Assembly (NCBI RefSeq): GCF_034680285.1
Contig: NZ_JAXITC010000002.1
Span: 139,633 to 203,632 of the forward strand
Source: Limnohabitans sp.
GTDB lineage: Bacteria > Pseudomonadota > Gammaproteobacteria > Burkholderiales > Burkholderiaceae_C
Reading direction: 5' to 3'
Length of the DNA: 64,000 bases
The notes under the pieces: generated by a model
The model's input: the letters and a program-made list of their open reading frames with translations, nothing else
What the model was told of the DNA's origin: nothing
Databases searched by the model: none
Program-made: the position numbers and the translations under genes
Shown here: one piece after another, positions 47,030-57,298 of the stretch
How the letters are laid out: each line of letters opens with the position of its first letter
How positions within the stretch are numbered: the first letter of the stretch is position 1

Positions 47030-47647
47030 ATGTTCTTTGGCATCTCTGACTACAGTGCTTTTGTCGCCGCCATCGTCTTGTTTTTGGCCATTCCTGGGCC
47101 GGGTAATTTGGCGCTTATCACCTCCACCAGCAAAGGGGGTGTGTCCGGCGGTTTGATGGCCACCTTGGGGGTGATCGCAGGCGATCAGGTCTTGATGTGG
47201 TTGGCGGTGGCTGGGGTGGCGACGGTACTGGCCACTTACCCTGCTGCGTTTGCTGCCATTCAGTGGCTGGGCGCCGCTTACTTGGCTTGGCTGGGCTTCA
47301 AAATGCTGTCGGCCAAGCCCGGCGATGCCCCTGTGTTGAACATCCGGCCTCGGCAGTATTTTCAGCAGGCGCTGGCCATCACCTTGCTCAACCCCAAAGC
47401 GATTGTTTTTTACATGGCGTTCTTCCCTTTGTTTGTGGACCCACAAACTCATTTGGGAATGATCAGCTTTGGCGTGATGGCCGCCACCATTGCGGCACTG
47501 ACCTTTTTGTACGGGCTGGGCATGACACTGCTGACGCACCACTTGGCCGAGCGCATGCGTGCAAACCCCGTGGTGGGCCGCGTGCTGGAAAAAGTGGCGG
47601 GCCTTTTCTTGGTGGGTTTTGGCCTCAAACTGGCCTTGTCCAAATAG
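47030..47647 (+). CDS. LysE/RhtB family exporter (LeuE-like), copy 2
   Basis: PGPGNLAL, TLLNPKAIVFYMAFFPLF. Confidence 0.9.
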   Translation: MFFGISDYSAFVAAIVLFLAIPGPGNLALITSTSKGGVSGGLMATLGVIAGDQVLMWLAVAGVATVLATYPAAFAAIQWLGAAYLAWLGFKMLSAKPGDAPVLNIRPRQYFQQALAITLLNPKAIVFYMAFFPLFVDPQTHLGMISFGVMAATIAALTFLYGLGMTLLTHHLAERMRANPVVGRVLEKVAGLFLVGFGLKLALSK

Positions 47648-47702
47648 AGCGCACGCTGCCACCGCTGACTGTTGTACGAATTGATTAACCTGAGCGCAAT
47701 TT

Positions 47703-48473
47703 ATGGCCACCATTTTCTGCATTGCCAACCAAAAAGGGGGGGTGGGTAAAACCACCACCACCGTCAATCTGGCCGCTGGCTTGGCCAAAGTCGGGCAGCG
47801 CGTGCTGTTGGTCGACTTGGACCCTCAGGGCAACGCCACCATGGGGTCGGGCATCGACAAACGCACCGTCGAGTTGAACGTGTACGACGTGTTGTTGGAG
47901 TCCGCCACGATTGCGGAAGCCGTGGTCAAAGCCGACAAGTGTGGTTACGACGTGATCAGCGCCAACCGCGAATTGGCCGGAGCCGAGGTGGAGTTGGTGC
48001 AACTGGAGCACCGCGATCAGCGCCTGAAAAATGCCTTGAAGGAGGTCGATGCCGATTACGACTTTGTGCTGATCGACTGTCCACCCTCGCTGTCCATGCT
48101 CACGCTCAATGGCCTGTGTTCAGCCCACGGCGTGATCGTGCCCATGCAGTGCGAGTACTTTGCGCTCGAAGGCCTCACGGACTTGGTCAACACCATCAAA
48201 CAGGTGCATGCCAACCTGAACAAGGACCTCAAAATCATTGGTTTGTTGCGCGTCATGTTCGACCCGCGCATCACCTTGCAAATGCAAGTGAGCGACCAGC
48301 TCAAGGCCCACTTTGGCGACAAGGTGTTCGACACCGTGATCCCGCGCAATGTCCGCCTGGCCGAAGCGCCCAGTTACGGTTTGCCGGGCGTGGTGTTTGA
48401 CGCCTCCGCCAAGGGCAGCCAAGCCTATGTTGAGTTCGCCCGTGAGCTGGTGCAACGTGCACCTACGCTCTGA
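47703..48473 (+). CDS. parA: Chromosome partitioning ATPase ParA/Soj
   Basis: NQKGGVGKTTT, DLDPQGNAT, DCPPSL, IPRNVRLAEAPSYG. Confidence 0.97.
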   Translation: MATIFCIANQKGGVGKTTTTVNLAAGLAKVGQRVLLVDLDPQGNATMGSGIDKRTVELNVYDVLLESATIAEAVVKADKCGYDVISANRELAGAEVELVQLEHRDQRLKNALKEVDADYDFVLIDCPPSLSMLTLNGLCSAHGVIVPMQCEYFALEGLTDLVNTIKQVHANLNKDLKIIGLLRVMFDPRITLQMQVSDQLKAHFGDKVFDTVIPRNVRLAEAPSYGLPGVVFDASAKGSQAYVEFARELVQRAPTL

Positions 48474-48493
48474 GCTTTGGCACTTTTCGAACC

Positions 48494-49084
48494 ATGACGG
48501 CTGCAACCTACGCCACCACTGCCAAGCCAGGTGCAGGCTTGGTTGAGCCGGCGGCCACGGTCTTGATCTTGCCCGGGTGGCAGGGCAGTGGCCCCGGCCA
48601 TTGGCAAATGCACTGGGCCCGCATGCCGGGCTGCAGCGTTGTGGAGCAAAACGACTGGCAGCACCCGTTGCGCGGCGACTGGCTGGCTCGCTTGGACGAA
48701 ACGGTGATCGACGCCCCGGGCCCGGTGGTGTTGGCGGCGCACAGTTTGGGCTGCATTTTGGTGGCGGCGTGGGCGGGCGTTTCTCGGCACACGGCCCGCG
48801 TGCGTGGCGCATTGTTGGTGGCGCCCGGTGACACCGAAGCCCCCGGTTTGAAAGACCGGCTGCCCGGCTGGTCACCGATTGCCCGGCAAGCACTCCCGTT
48901 TCCAAGCATTTTGGTCGGCAGCCAAAACGACCCGTATTGCACGTCAGCCCGGGCCCAAACTTTCGCCCGTGACTGGGGCGCCCGATGGGTGGACCTGGGC
49001 GCTGCTGGGCACATCAACGCCGACTCTTCTTTGGGCGAATGGTCAGAAGGCCAGGCGCTTTTGCAAACACTTTTGAAGGATTGA
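48494..49084 (+). CDS. RBBP9/YdeN family alpha/beta hydrolase
   Basis: PGWQGSGPGHWQ, AHSLGC, SQNDPY, GHINADS. Confidence 0.9.
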   Translation: MTAATYATTAKPGAGLVEPAATVLILPGWQGSGPGHWQMHWARMPGCSVVEQNDWQHPLRGDWLARLDETVIDAPGPVVLAAHSLGCILVAAWAGVSRHTARVRGALLVAPGDTEAPGLKDRLPGWSPIARQALPFPSILVGSQNDPYCTSARAQTFARDWGARWVDLGAAGHINADSSLGEWSEGQALLQTLLKD

Positions 49085-49086
49085 CC

Positions 49087-50004
49087 ATGGTCACTAAAAA
49101 ACCCAAAGGCCTTGGCCGTGGACTGGAAGCTCTGCTGGGGCCCAAAGTGCAAGATGCGCCGGCTGCCGACATGACGGCCGAAACCGGTGTGTCCACCCAG
49201 CTCAAACTCGACCAGATGGTGCCTGGCATGTACCAGCCGCGCACTCGCATGGACGAGGGCGCTTTGTATGAGTTGGCCGAGTCCATCAAAGCCCAGGGCA
49301 TCATGCAGCCGATTCTTGTGCGCCAATTGACCGAAGGCGAGAACGCGGGCAAGTACGAGATCATCGCGGGCGAGCGGCGTTTCAGGGCCAGCAAGTTGGC
49401 CGGCCTGGATGCTGTTCCGGTCTTGGTGCGCGACGTGCCCAACGAGGCCGCTGCGGCCATGGCCCTTATCGAGAACATCCAGCGCGAAGACCTCAACCCA
49501 CTCGAAGAAGCCCAAGGCCTGCAACGCCTCATCAAAGAGTTTGGGCTCACGCACGAAACGGCAGCCCAAGCGGTGGGTCGCTCGCGCAGCGCAGCCAGCA
49601 ACTTGCTGCGCTTGCTCAATCTGGCCGATCCGGTTCAAAGCATGCTCATGGCGGGGGACCTGGACATGGGCCATGCCCGCGCTTTGCTGTCGCTCGACAA
49701 AGCGGCGCAAATCACGGCCGCTAACCAGATTGCCGCCAAAAAACTGTCGGTGCGCGAGGCGGAAAGCCTGGCCAAAAAGCTGGGTGCCGAGTTCAATCTG
49801 GTCACCCAAAAACCCAAGAAAGAAAAGTCACGCGACGTGCGCCGCGTGGAAGAAGAGCTGTCAGACCTGCTGATGGCGCAGGTCGAGGTGCGCGTCAAAA
49901 AACGCGTCAAGCGCTTGGGCAAGCTCGAAGAGATGGGCGAGCTGAGCATCCAGTTTGGCTCACTCGACGAGCTCAATGGCTTGATCGAAAAACTGCGCGG
50001 CTAA
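49087..50004 (+). CDS. parB: Chromosome partitioning protein ParB
   Basis: KGLGRGLEALL, YQPR, IAGERRFRA, ENIQREDLNPLEEA, GHARALL. Confidence 0.97.
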   Translation: MVTKKPKGLGRGLEALLGPKVQDAPAADMTAETGVSTQLKLDQMVPGMYQPRTRMDEGALYELAESIKAQGIMQPILVRQLTEGENAGKYEIIAGERRFRASKLAGLDAVPVLVRDVPNEAAAAMALIENIQREDLNPLEEAQGLQRLIKEFGLTHETAAQAVGRSRSAASNLLRLLNLADPVQSMLMAGDLDMGHARALLSLDKAAQITAANQIAAKKLSVREAESLAKKLGAEFNLVTQKPKKEKSRDVRRVEEELSDLLMAQVEVRVKKRVKRLGKLEEMGELSIQFGSLDELNGLIEKLRG

Positions 50005-50016
50005 GGTAACAGGGCG

Positions 50017-51750
50017 ATGGCTGGTTTCAGCAAGCTCGAGATGCTGCGCAAGCAGCTGAGCAGCTCGCTTTATTTTCGGCAAAGTTTGTTGGCGACCTAT
50101 CTGCTGGCCGTCAGTCTGAGCTCGTTCATTTTTTACCTGTTCCCGCCCGGCAATTACGCACGCCATGTCAATCTGATTTTTTCAGCATTGACCATCGGCA
50201 TGTTGCCTCTGGTTCGGGTCCGTGCGCTGTTCACCCCCCTGATTCATCTGGTCACCTTTCTGAGTCTGGTGCTGGTCACTTACATCGCGTCCCAGACGGG
50301 GGCCATCAACTCTTCGGCTCTGGTTTGGCTCAATGTCCTGGCGGTTCCCGTGCTCTTGTTGCAAGGGCCGCGTGCCGCTGTGGCATGGATCGTGATTGTG
50401 CTGGTGACCCTTTTGATGCTCCTCGTGGGCTCTTTCACGGGCCACTTGGACAGCCACATTCGCCTGACACAGCAAGCGGTGCCTTGGGCGTTCATGAACC
50501 AAGCACTGGCCATGGGCAATCTGATGCTGGCGGTGCGGCTTTATGAGTACCTGCATGAGCAGCAAATGCAACAACTGCATGCGCGCAACGCCGAAATTCA
50601 GCGCACCCACGAAGCCTTGCTGTTGGCCCAGGCCCACAAGGATGAGTTTGTGGCGGCGGTGGGGCACGAGTTGCGCACCCCCATGAACGCAATTTTGGGC
50701 TTCAATGGCGTGCTGCGCCAGGAGCTCGCAGACCGTCCTGAACAGGTGGAGGTGGTGGACCACATACGCCGCTCTACGGGCCATTTGCTGCAGGTGGTCA
50801 ACGATATTTTGGATTTTTCGCAGCTGCAAGCGGGCAAGCTGATGCTGCACTTCGAAGACTTCGATCTGCAAGCGTTGATGGACGAGGCCCTACAGGCTGA
50901 CCGCGCCAAGGCGCTCGAAAAAGGCATTGGATGGCGCGGCACAATCGACCCAGCGTTGCCTGCGCGCGTGCGCGCCGACCGACAGCGCCTGCTGCAGATC
51001 TTGCGCAACCTGTTGGGTAACGCACTCAAGTTCACGCCGAGAGGCGAGGTACTGCTGCACATCCATGCCGGCCATGACCGCCTGAACTTTGAGGTGCGTG
51101 ACACCGGGCGCGGCATTGCGCTGGACCAGCAGGCCCACATTTTCCGGCGATTTGAACATGCCGATGTGCAGACCACCCGCGCTTACGGGGGGACCGGCCT
51201 GGGCTTGTCCATTTGCGAAAAACTGGTGCAACTGCATGGCGGCCAGATCGGTGTGCGCAGCCTCGACGGCCAGGGCGCCACGTTCTGGTTCCATGTGCCT
51301 CTGTTGCAAGCCCCAACAGGACCCACCACGCTGCAGCTGGACGAGGCCTTGCCCGAGAACGAAGCCCTGCGCATTTTGGTGGTGGACGACAACGCCATGA
51401 ACCTGATGGTGGCCCGGCTCCAAATTCAAAAATGCTGGCCCCGCGCGGACATTGTCACGATCGACAGCGCGGCCAAAGCTTTGGCCCTGCTGGACGAGCA
51501 GACGTTTGATGTGGCCCTGGTCGACATGATCATGCCCGACATGGACGGCATGGCGTTGACCCGCCAAATCCGCCAGCAGTTCCCTGCCATTACTGCCCGC
51601 ATGCCCATCATTGCACTCACCGCCAACACCAACCCGGTGGAGCGCCAGCGTTGCATGGACGCGGGCATGGACGATGTGCTCGACAAACCGATGGATCTGC
51701 AGACCTTGGTGCGCAGTGTGAGCCGCCATGTGTTGAAGGCGAGGGTTTGA
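50017..51750 (+). CDS. Hybrid sensor histidine kinase (TM sensor, HisKA, HATPase, REC), copy 1
   Basis: Multi-TM N-terminus, [42 protein letters not shown]. Confidence 0.92.
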   Translation: MAGFSKLEMLRKQLSSSLYFRQSLLATYLLAVSLSSFIFYLFPPGNYARHVNLIFSALTIGMLPLVRVRALFTPLIHLVTFLSLVLVTYIASQTGAINSSALVWLNVLAVPVLLLQGPRAAVAWIVIVLVTLLMLLVGSFTGHLDSHIRLTQQAVPWAFMNQALAMGNLMLAVRLYEYLHEQQMQQLHARNAEIQRTHEALLLAQAHKDEFVAAVGHELRTPMNAILGFNGVLRQELADRPEQVEVVDHIRRSTGHLLQVVNDILDFSQLQAGKLMLHFEDFDLQALMDEALQADRAKALEKGIGWRGTIDPALPARVRADRQRLLQILRNLLGNALKFTPRGEVLLHIHAGHDRLNFEVRDTGRGIALDQQAHIFRRFEHADVQTTRAYGGTGLGLSICEKLVQLHGGQIGVRSLDGQGATFWFHVPLLQAPTGPTTLQLDEALPENEALRILVVDDNAMNLMVARLQIQKCWPRADIVTIDSAAKALALLDEQTFDVALVDMIMPDMDGMALTRQIRQQFPAITARMPIIALTANTNPVERQRCMDAGMDDVLDKPMDLQTLVRSVSRHVLKARV

Positions 51751-51752
51751 AC

Positions 51753-53510
51753 ATGCAGATCAAAGGCGTTTTACAGCGCGGTTTTGAGCGACAGGTTGCC
51801 CGCTTGCCCAGGGCATACCGTGAAGGCAAGATGCCCTACATCGTGTTTTTCGTGACGGTGGTCATCGCCATCTTGCTGGTGTACTCGGCCATCAGCCCGT
51901 ACCACAATGCGACGCCTTTGTTCTTGTCGATGGCTGCTTGGCTTACGCTGCTGTTGGTGTTGGTCAACTACGGCATGCCCTTGTCTTGGGGTGTGCATTT
52001 GGGAACAGCGGCGGGTGCCTGTGTGCTGACCTATGCGGTTTGGAACGCTGGGGGCGTATTTTCTCCGCGGCTGACGTGGCTATTGATCCTGCCACTGACT
52101 CCTTTTTACGTCATCAGTCGCCGTGCTGGCTTGGCCTGGATGCTGCTGGTATGGGTGGGGCAGGCGGCCTTCGCATTGGCCAATCATTTTGGTCTGCTTC
52201 CTCCGTTTGAGCCGGGGCCCGAGCACGCCTTGTCCTCTTGGGTCACCTTCAGTCTGGTGACCGGCATGCTCATCATCGTGCCCCTGATCTACGACCGTTT
52301 ACAGACCATGGCGTTGAAGAAAAGCCTGCGCTACCAGCAGGAGCTCGAGACCAAACGCCACGAGTTGGAGTTGGCGCTGCATATGCGCGAGCACTTCATC
52401 GCCACAGTGAGCCACGAGCTGCGCACGCCGATGAACGCGATTCTGGGCTTCAACGCTTTGTTGCTGTCCAATGTCGAGGGCAAGCCCGAAGCGCTCAAGG
52501 TGCTCAACCACACCCGCCAGTCGGCCGACCACCTGATGACGGTGATCAACGACATCCTCGACTATTCGCAGCTGCAGGCGGGCAATCTGGTGGTGCAGCC
52601 CGAAACTTTTGAATTGCGCCGTGTGGCCGAGCACGCTTTTGAGCTTTTCAAACCACGCGTCAACAGCATGGAGCTGAACTACCGCATCGAGTTGGACCAA
52701 CAACTGCCTGCTTGGGTCCACACCGACCGCCACCGCCTGATGCAGGTGCTGGTTAACCTGCTGGGCAACGCACTCAAGTTCACCCACCAAGGCTCAGTGG
52801 TGCTGCGTGTGCAGTGGCAAAACCCGGGCGTACTCTTCTCGGTGCAGGACACGGGCATTGGCATTCCCACGGAACGTCAGCTCAACATTTTTAAGCGATT
52901 TAGCCAAGCCGAAGACGACACGCAGGCCCGCTACGGTGGCAACGGCTTGGGCCTGGCCATTTCGCAAAAACTGGCCCATCTGCTCGGTGGTGAGATTGGC
53001 TTTGAAAGCGAGCAGGGGCATGGCTCGCGGTTCTGGCTGCATTTGCCATTGACAGCTGCCGCTGCGCCGACCAAGTCATTCGAAAAACACCAACAGTTGC
53101 TGCAAAGCGCCGATCGGCCCTGGACTTTTTTGGTAGCCGATGACCATCCGGTCAATCGCTTGCTGCTCAAGCAAGTCTTGAAAAACGCATGGCCGAACAG
53201 CGTGGTGCTGGAGGCGGTGGACGGGCAAAAGACCTTGGACGTTTTGCACGCGCAAACGGTGGACATGGTCTTCATGGACATGGTCATGCCTGTCATGGAC
53301 GGCATCGATGCAACCCGGCTCATCCGCCAAGACGCCATCGACCGCATCCGTCGGGTTCCCGTGCTGGGTTTGACGGCCAATGTGAACCCTTTGGAGTTGG
53401 ATCGCTTCAAGGCCGCAGGACTCAGTGACGTGATGCTCAAACCTTTTGAGCCTGCTGAGTTGTGTCACCGGGTCGAGTCCTTGCTCTTGAACATGGGCAA
53501 CCCCACATGA
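51753..53510 (+). CDS. Hybrid sensor histidine kinase (TM sensor, HisKA, HATPase, REC), copy 2
   Basis: Multi-TM N-terminus, [45 protein letters not shown]. Confidence 0.92.
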   Translation: MQIKGVLQRGFERQVARLPRAYREGKMPYIVFFVTVVIAILLVYSAISPYHNATPLFLSMAAWLTLLLVLVNYGMPLSWGVHLGTAAGACVLTYAVWNAGGVFSPRLTWLLILPLTPFYVISRRAGLAWMLLVWVGQAAFALANHFGLLPPFEPGPEHALSSWVTFSLVTGMLIIVPLIYDRLQTMALKKSLRYQQELETKRHELELALHMREHFIATVSHELRTPMNAILGFNALLLSNVEGKPEALKVLNHTRQSADHLMTVINDILDYSQLQAGNLVVQPETFELRRVAEHAFELFKPRVNSMELNYRIELDQQLPAWVHTDRHRLMQVLVNLLGNALKFTHQGSVVLRVQWQNPGVLFSVQDTGIGIPTERQLNIFKRFSQAEDDTQARYGGNGLGLAISQKLAHLLGGEIGFESEQGHGSRFWLHLPLTAAAAPTKSFEKHQQLLQSADRPWTFLVADDHPVNRLLLKQVLKNAWPNSVVLEAVDGQKTLDVLHAQTVDMVFMDMVMPVMDGIDATRLIRQDAIDRIRRVPVLGLTANVNPLELDRFKAAGLSDVMLKPFEPAELCHRVESLLLNMGNPT

Positions 53511-54682
53511 GGCGCATTTGGCGTGACTTTTCGGTTTCCACTTGGATGGCCGGCTTTGTGGCGGTGCTGGTGGGCTTCACCAGTTCTGCTGCGATTGTGT
53601 TTTCTGCCGCGCAAGCTTTGGGCGCTACGCCTGAACAAACGGTGTCCTGGATGTGGGCACTGGGCATCGGCATGGGCGTGACCAGTTTGGGTTTGAGCCT
53701 GTGGTACCGGCAGCCTGTTTTGACGGCATGGTCCACGCCCGGTGCAGCGGTTTTGGCCGTGAGCCAAGGCGTGACCTTGCCGGAGGCCACAGGTGCTTTC
53801 ATGGTGTGCGCCTTGTCGACCATGGCCGTGGGTTACAGCGGCTGGTTTGAGCGCTTGATGAACAAAATCCCTTTGGCCTTGGCCAGTGCCTTGCTGGCTG
53901 GGGTGTTGGCGCGCTTTGCGCTGGACGCTGTCGGTGCGGTTGCGCATGCGCCCGCGCTGGTGATGGCCATGACCGTGGCTTATGTGTTGGGCCGACGCTG
54001 GTGGCCGCGCTGGTCGGTGCCTGTGGTGTTGCTGGTGGGGATGGGTGTGGCGGCCTTGCAAGGCCAGCTGCGCATGTCCAGCATCGACTGGTCTTGGGGC
54101 TTGCCCGTATGGGTCAGTCCAACTTGGAGTTGGGCGGCCATGGTCGGCGTGGCGTTGCCGCTTTTTGTGGTGACCATGGCCTCACAAAACTTGCCTGGCG
54201 TGGCTGCGCAACGTGCTTCGGGTTTTGATATTCCGGTGTCCCCTGTGGTCGGGGCGACCGGTTTGGCCAGCTTGGTCTTGGCCCCATTTGGGGGTTACGC
54301 GCTCAATTTGGCAGCGATCACAGCGGCGATCTGCATGGGCAAAGAAGCCCACACCGACCCAACACGCCGCTATACCGCTTCTGTCTCTGCCGGGGTTTTG
54401 TACATCGCTTTGGGCTTGGCCGGCGGCACGATCGTCAGCCTGATGGCCGCCTTTCCGCAAGCGCTGGTGTTGGCGGTGGCAGGCCTGGCATTGCTCGGCA
54501 CCATCGCCTCGGGTTTGTCGGTGGCGTTCAAAGACGAGCAGCAACGCGATGCGGCCCTGCTGACATTCTTGGTGACGCTGTCGGGTCTGACCCTGGCCGG
54601 CGTGGGCTCAGCCTTTTGGGGCGTGGTGGTGGGTGGTTTTGCGCAGTGGTTTTGGACGCGGCGCCAAACGGCCTCACATTGA
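53507..54682 (+). CDS. Benzoate/H+ symporter BenE family
   Basis: AGFVAVLVGFTSS, PVLTAWSTPGAA, VTMASQNLPG, LNLAAITAAIC. Confidence 0.9.
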   Translation: MRRIWRDFSVSTWMAGFVAVLVGFTSSAAIVFSAAQALGATPEQTVSWMWALGIGMGVTSLGLSLWYRQPVLTAWSTPGAAVLAVSQGVTLPEATGAFMVCALSTMAVGYSGWFERLMNKIPLALASALLAGVLARFALDAVGAVAHAPALVMAMTVAYVLGRRWWPRWSVPVVLLVGMGVAALQGQLRMSSIDWSWGLPVWVSPTWSWAAMVGVALPLFVVTMASQNLPGVAAQRASGFDIPVSPVVGATGLASLVLAPFGGYALNLAAITAAICMGKEAHTDPTRRYTASVSAGVLYIALGLAGGTIVSLMAAFPQALVLAVAGLALLGTIASGLSVAFKDEQQRDAALLTFLVTLSGLTLAGVGSAFWGVVVGGFAQWFWTRRQTASH

Positions 54683-56101
54683 AAAAATCTTCCCCGGGTT
54701 CATGATGTTGTGCGGGTCCAGCGCCCGTTTGATGGTGCGCATCATGTCCACTGCGCCTTCGCCGGTTTCGGTGCGCAAGAAGTCCATCTTGTGCAGGCCA
54801 ATGCCGTGCTCGCCGGTACAGGTGCCGCCCAAGCGCAGCGCCCGGCTGACCAATTGTTGGTTTAGTGCTTCGGCGGTTTCGCATTCCTGTGGGTTGTTCG
54901 GGTCGATCAAATAGCCGAAGTGGAAGTTGCCGTCACCCACGTGGCCGACCAAAAAGTAGGGCAGGCCGCTGGCATCGGTTTCGGTGATGGAGTCCAGCAG
55001 GCAATCGGCCAGGCGGCTGATGGGCACGCAGGTGTCGGTGCTGATGGCACGGCAGCCCGGTTTGCTCTGGATGGCCGCAAAGTAGGCGTTGTGCCGTGCG
55101 GTCCACAGGCGGGTGCGCTCTTCAGGTGTGGTGGCCCATTCAAACGCATTGCCGCCAAATTCGCTGGCGATTTCTTGCACCGTTTCGGCTTGTTCTTTCA
55201 CGCCTGCAGGCGAGCCGTGGAATTCCATCAGCAGCATGGGCTCTTCGCGCAGGCCCAGCTTGGCGTACTGGTTGACCATGCGCACGGTGTTGTGGTCGAT
55301 CAGTTCCACGCGGGCGATCGGCACGCCCAGCTGAATGGTCTGGATGACCGCCCGAACCGCCGCTTCGATGCTGGGGAAGGAGCAAATGGCCGCCGAGATG
55401 GCTTCGGGCAAGGGGTAAATGCGCACGGTGACTTCGGTGATCACGCCCAAAGTGCCTTCGCTGCCCACCATCAGGCGCGTCAGGTCGTAACCCGCGCTCG
55501 ACTTTTTGGCGCGGGTGCCGGTGCGAATCACCTCGCCCGCTGCGGTGACCACTTCCATTGCCAACACGTTCTCGCGCATGGTGCCGTAACGCACCGCGTT
55601 GGTGCCGCTGGCGCGTGTCGCGCTCATGCCGCCAAGGGTGGCGTCTGCGCCGGGGTCGATCGGGAAGAACAAGCCGGTGGACTTGATCTCTTCGTTGAGT
55701 TGCTTGCGCGTCACGCCCGGTTGCACCGTGACCGTCAGGTCTTCTGCGTTGATGGTCAGCACCTTGTTCATGCGTGTCAGGTCAATGCTGATACCGCCTT
55801 GCACCGCCAGCAAATGGCCTTCGAGCGAGGAACCCACACCAAACGGGATCACCGGCACTTTGTGCTCGGCGCACAGCTTCACCGCATCGGCCACATCCTT
55901 GGTGTTTTCGGCAAACACCACCGCAGCCGGTGGCGGCACATGCGTGAAGGCCGACTCGTCACGGCCATGCTGCTCACGGATCACCAAGGCGGTGGAGCAG
56001 TTGTTGCCAAATCGGGCTTTCAGCGCCGTCAAAAAAGCTTCGGGCACAGCGCGTTGAGCGATTTCGGGGGCCAGGTGGGCGGCGGGTGTGGGGGCGTTCA
56101 T
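54674..56101 (-). CDS. FAD-linked oxidase (D-lactate dehydrogenase/GlcD-like)
   Basis: PFGVGSSLEG, DPGADATLGG, GSEGTLG, GHVGDGNFH, GEHGIG, NPGK. Confidence 0.92.
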   Translation of the reverse strand: MNAPTPAAHLAPEIAQRAVPEAFLTALKARFGNNCSTALVIREQHGRDESAFTHVPPPAAVVFAENTKDVADAVKLCAEHKVPVIPFGVGSSLEGHLLAVQGGISIDLTRMNKVLTINAEDLTVTVQPGVTRKQLNEEIKSTGLFFPIDPGADATLGGMSATRASGTNAVRYGTMRENVLAMEVVTAAGEVIRTGTRAKKSSAGYDLTRLMVGSEGTLGVITEVTVRIYPLPEAISAAICSFPSIEAAVRAVIQTIQLGVPIARVELIDHNTVRMVNQYAKLGLREEPMLLMEFHGSPAGVKEQAETVQEIASEFGGNAFEWATTPEERTRLWTARHNAYFAAIQSKPGCRAISTDTCVPISRLADCLLDSITETDASGLPYFLVGHVGDGNFHFGYLIDPNNPQECETAEALNQQLVSRALRLGGTCTGEHGIGLHKMDFLRTETGEGAVDMMRTIKRALDPHNIMNPGKIFSM

Positions 56102-56298
56102 GGTGTCTCCTGAAGCGGCGGTTAGAACCCGCCATGCATGCTAAACGGCAGTTTACGCCGCAAACAGTGTCTTTGCTGTCCTTTGTCAGACAAGCCAAGG
56201 GGACTTGGTCGACAATAAAGCCTTGTTGCAGGAGCCCATGTCTGTGGGCATTTCATTCATTCCCTGCACGCTTGAGCGAATAAAAAGAAAGCAACACC

Positions 56299-56877
56299 AT
56301 GGGCAACCGACTTACACAAATCGCCACCCGCACCGGCGACAACGGCACCACCGGCTTGGGTAACAACCAGCGCGTGTCGAAAAACAGCCTGCGCGTGCAC
56401 GCCATGGGCGAGGTGGACGAGCTCAACTCCCACATCGGCTTGCTGCTTTGCGAGGACATGCCCGCTGATGTGCGCGACTTGCTGGTGGAAGTGCAGCACC
56501 AGCTTTTCAATTTGGGTGGCGAGTTGTCGATTCCCGGGTTTGAGTTGCTCAAAGAAGAGGCTGTAGCGGCATTGGACGAGGCCCTCGAAAAATACAACGC
56601 ACAGCTGCCCAAGCTCGAAGAGTTCATCTTGCCTGCAGGCACACGCGGCGCGTCGCAGGCCCATGTGTGTCGCACCGTGGCCCGCCGTGCAGAGCGCGCT
56701 TGTGTCGCCTTGGGCAACGAAGAAGCGCTCAACGACACCCCGCGCCAGTACCTGAACCGCTTGTCAGACCTGATGTTTGTCCTGGCCCGCGTGCTCAACC
56801 GCTTGAATGGCGGTGACGATGTGTACTGGAAAAGCCAGCGCATGAGTCAAGACGACAAGTCCAAGCCTTCGGCTTGA
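56299..56877 (+). CDS. PduO-type cob(I)alamin adenosyltransferase
   Basis: IATRTGDNGTTGL, GEVDELNS, FILPAG, RTVARRAER, YLNRLSD-MF. Confidence 0.93.
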   Translation: MGNRLTQIATRTGDNGTTGLGNNQRVSKNSLRVHAMGEVDELNSHIGLLLCEDMPADVRDLLVEVQHQLFNLGGELSIPGFELLKEEAVAALDEALEKYNAQLPKLEEFILPAGTRGASQAHVCRTVARRAERACVALGNEEALNDTPRQYLNRLSDLMFVLARVLNRLNGGDDVYWKSQRMSQDDKSKPSA

Positions 56878-56878
56878 G

Positions 56879-57214
56879 ATGTTCATGCGTTTCGCAAGTC
56901 TCGGGCTCTTGTTGTGGGCGATGCTCAGCCCAGCATGGGCAGCACCGTCTGCGGTGGTCTTGAGTTGCGCCGTGGCTTACATGCCCCAGCGCAGCACTTG
57001 GGTGCGGGAGGTGCGCATCGATTGGGATAAAAAAGCCATTCGCCGCTTGCGCATCGACGGCTTGGAGCCTTATGGTTTTTCTCTGGTGCCGAATGGCGTG
57101 ATGACTGCGGTAGACAACGAGCGCATCCAAATCGACCTGAGTACACGGCAATGGCAAAGTGATTTTCGGGGCCATGCCACAGGCCAAGGCCGCTGCGAAA
57201 CGGTGCCGGGCTGA
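56879..57214 (+). CDS. Hypothetical exported protein
   Basis: Signal peptide ending AWA; two Cys near the termini; fills the intergenic gap in operon orientation. Confidence 0.65.
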   Translation: MFMRFASLGLLLWAMLSPAWAAPSAVVLSCAVAYMPQRSTWVREVRIDWDKKAIRRLRIDGLEPYGFSLVPNGVMTAVDNERIQIDLSTRQWQSDFRGHATGQGRCETVPG

Positions 57215-57298
57215 CGCGCCAATGCACTGTCACCTAGGTGCATGTTTCAGGGTTCTTGCGCGTGACAGCGGTGCACGGGCGCTGATACCCTGCAGCCC

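Noticed and set aside
54674-54682. Convergent 3' overlap of benE-like and FAD oxidase genes
   Set aside because: A 9-bp tail-to-tail overlap is common in compact genomes.
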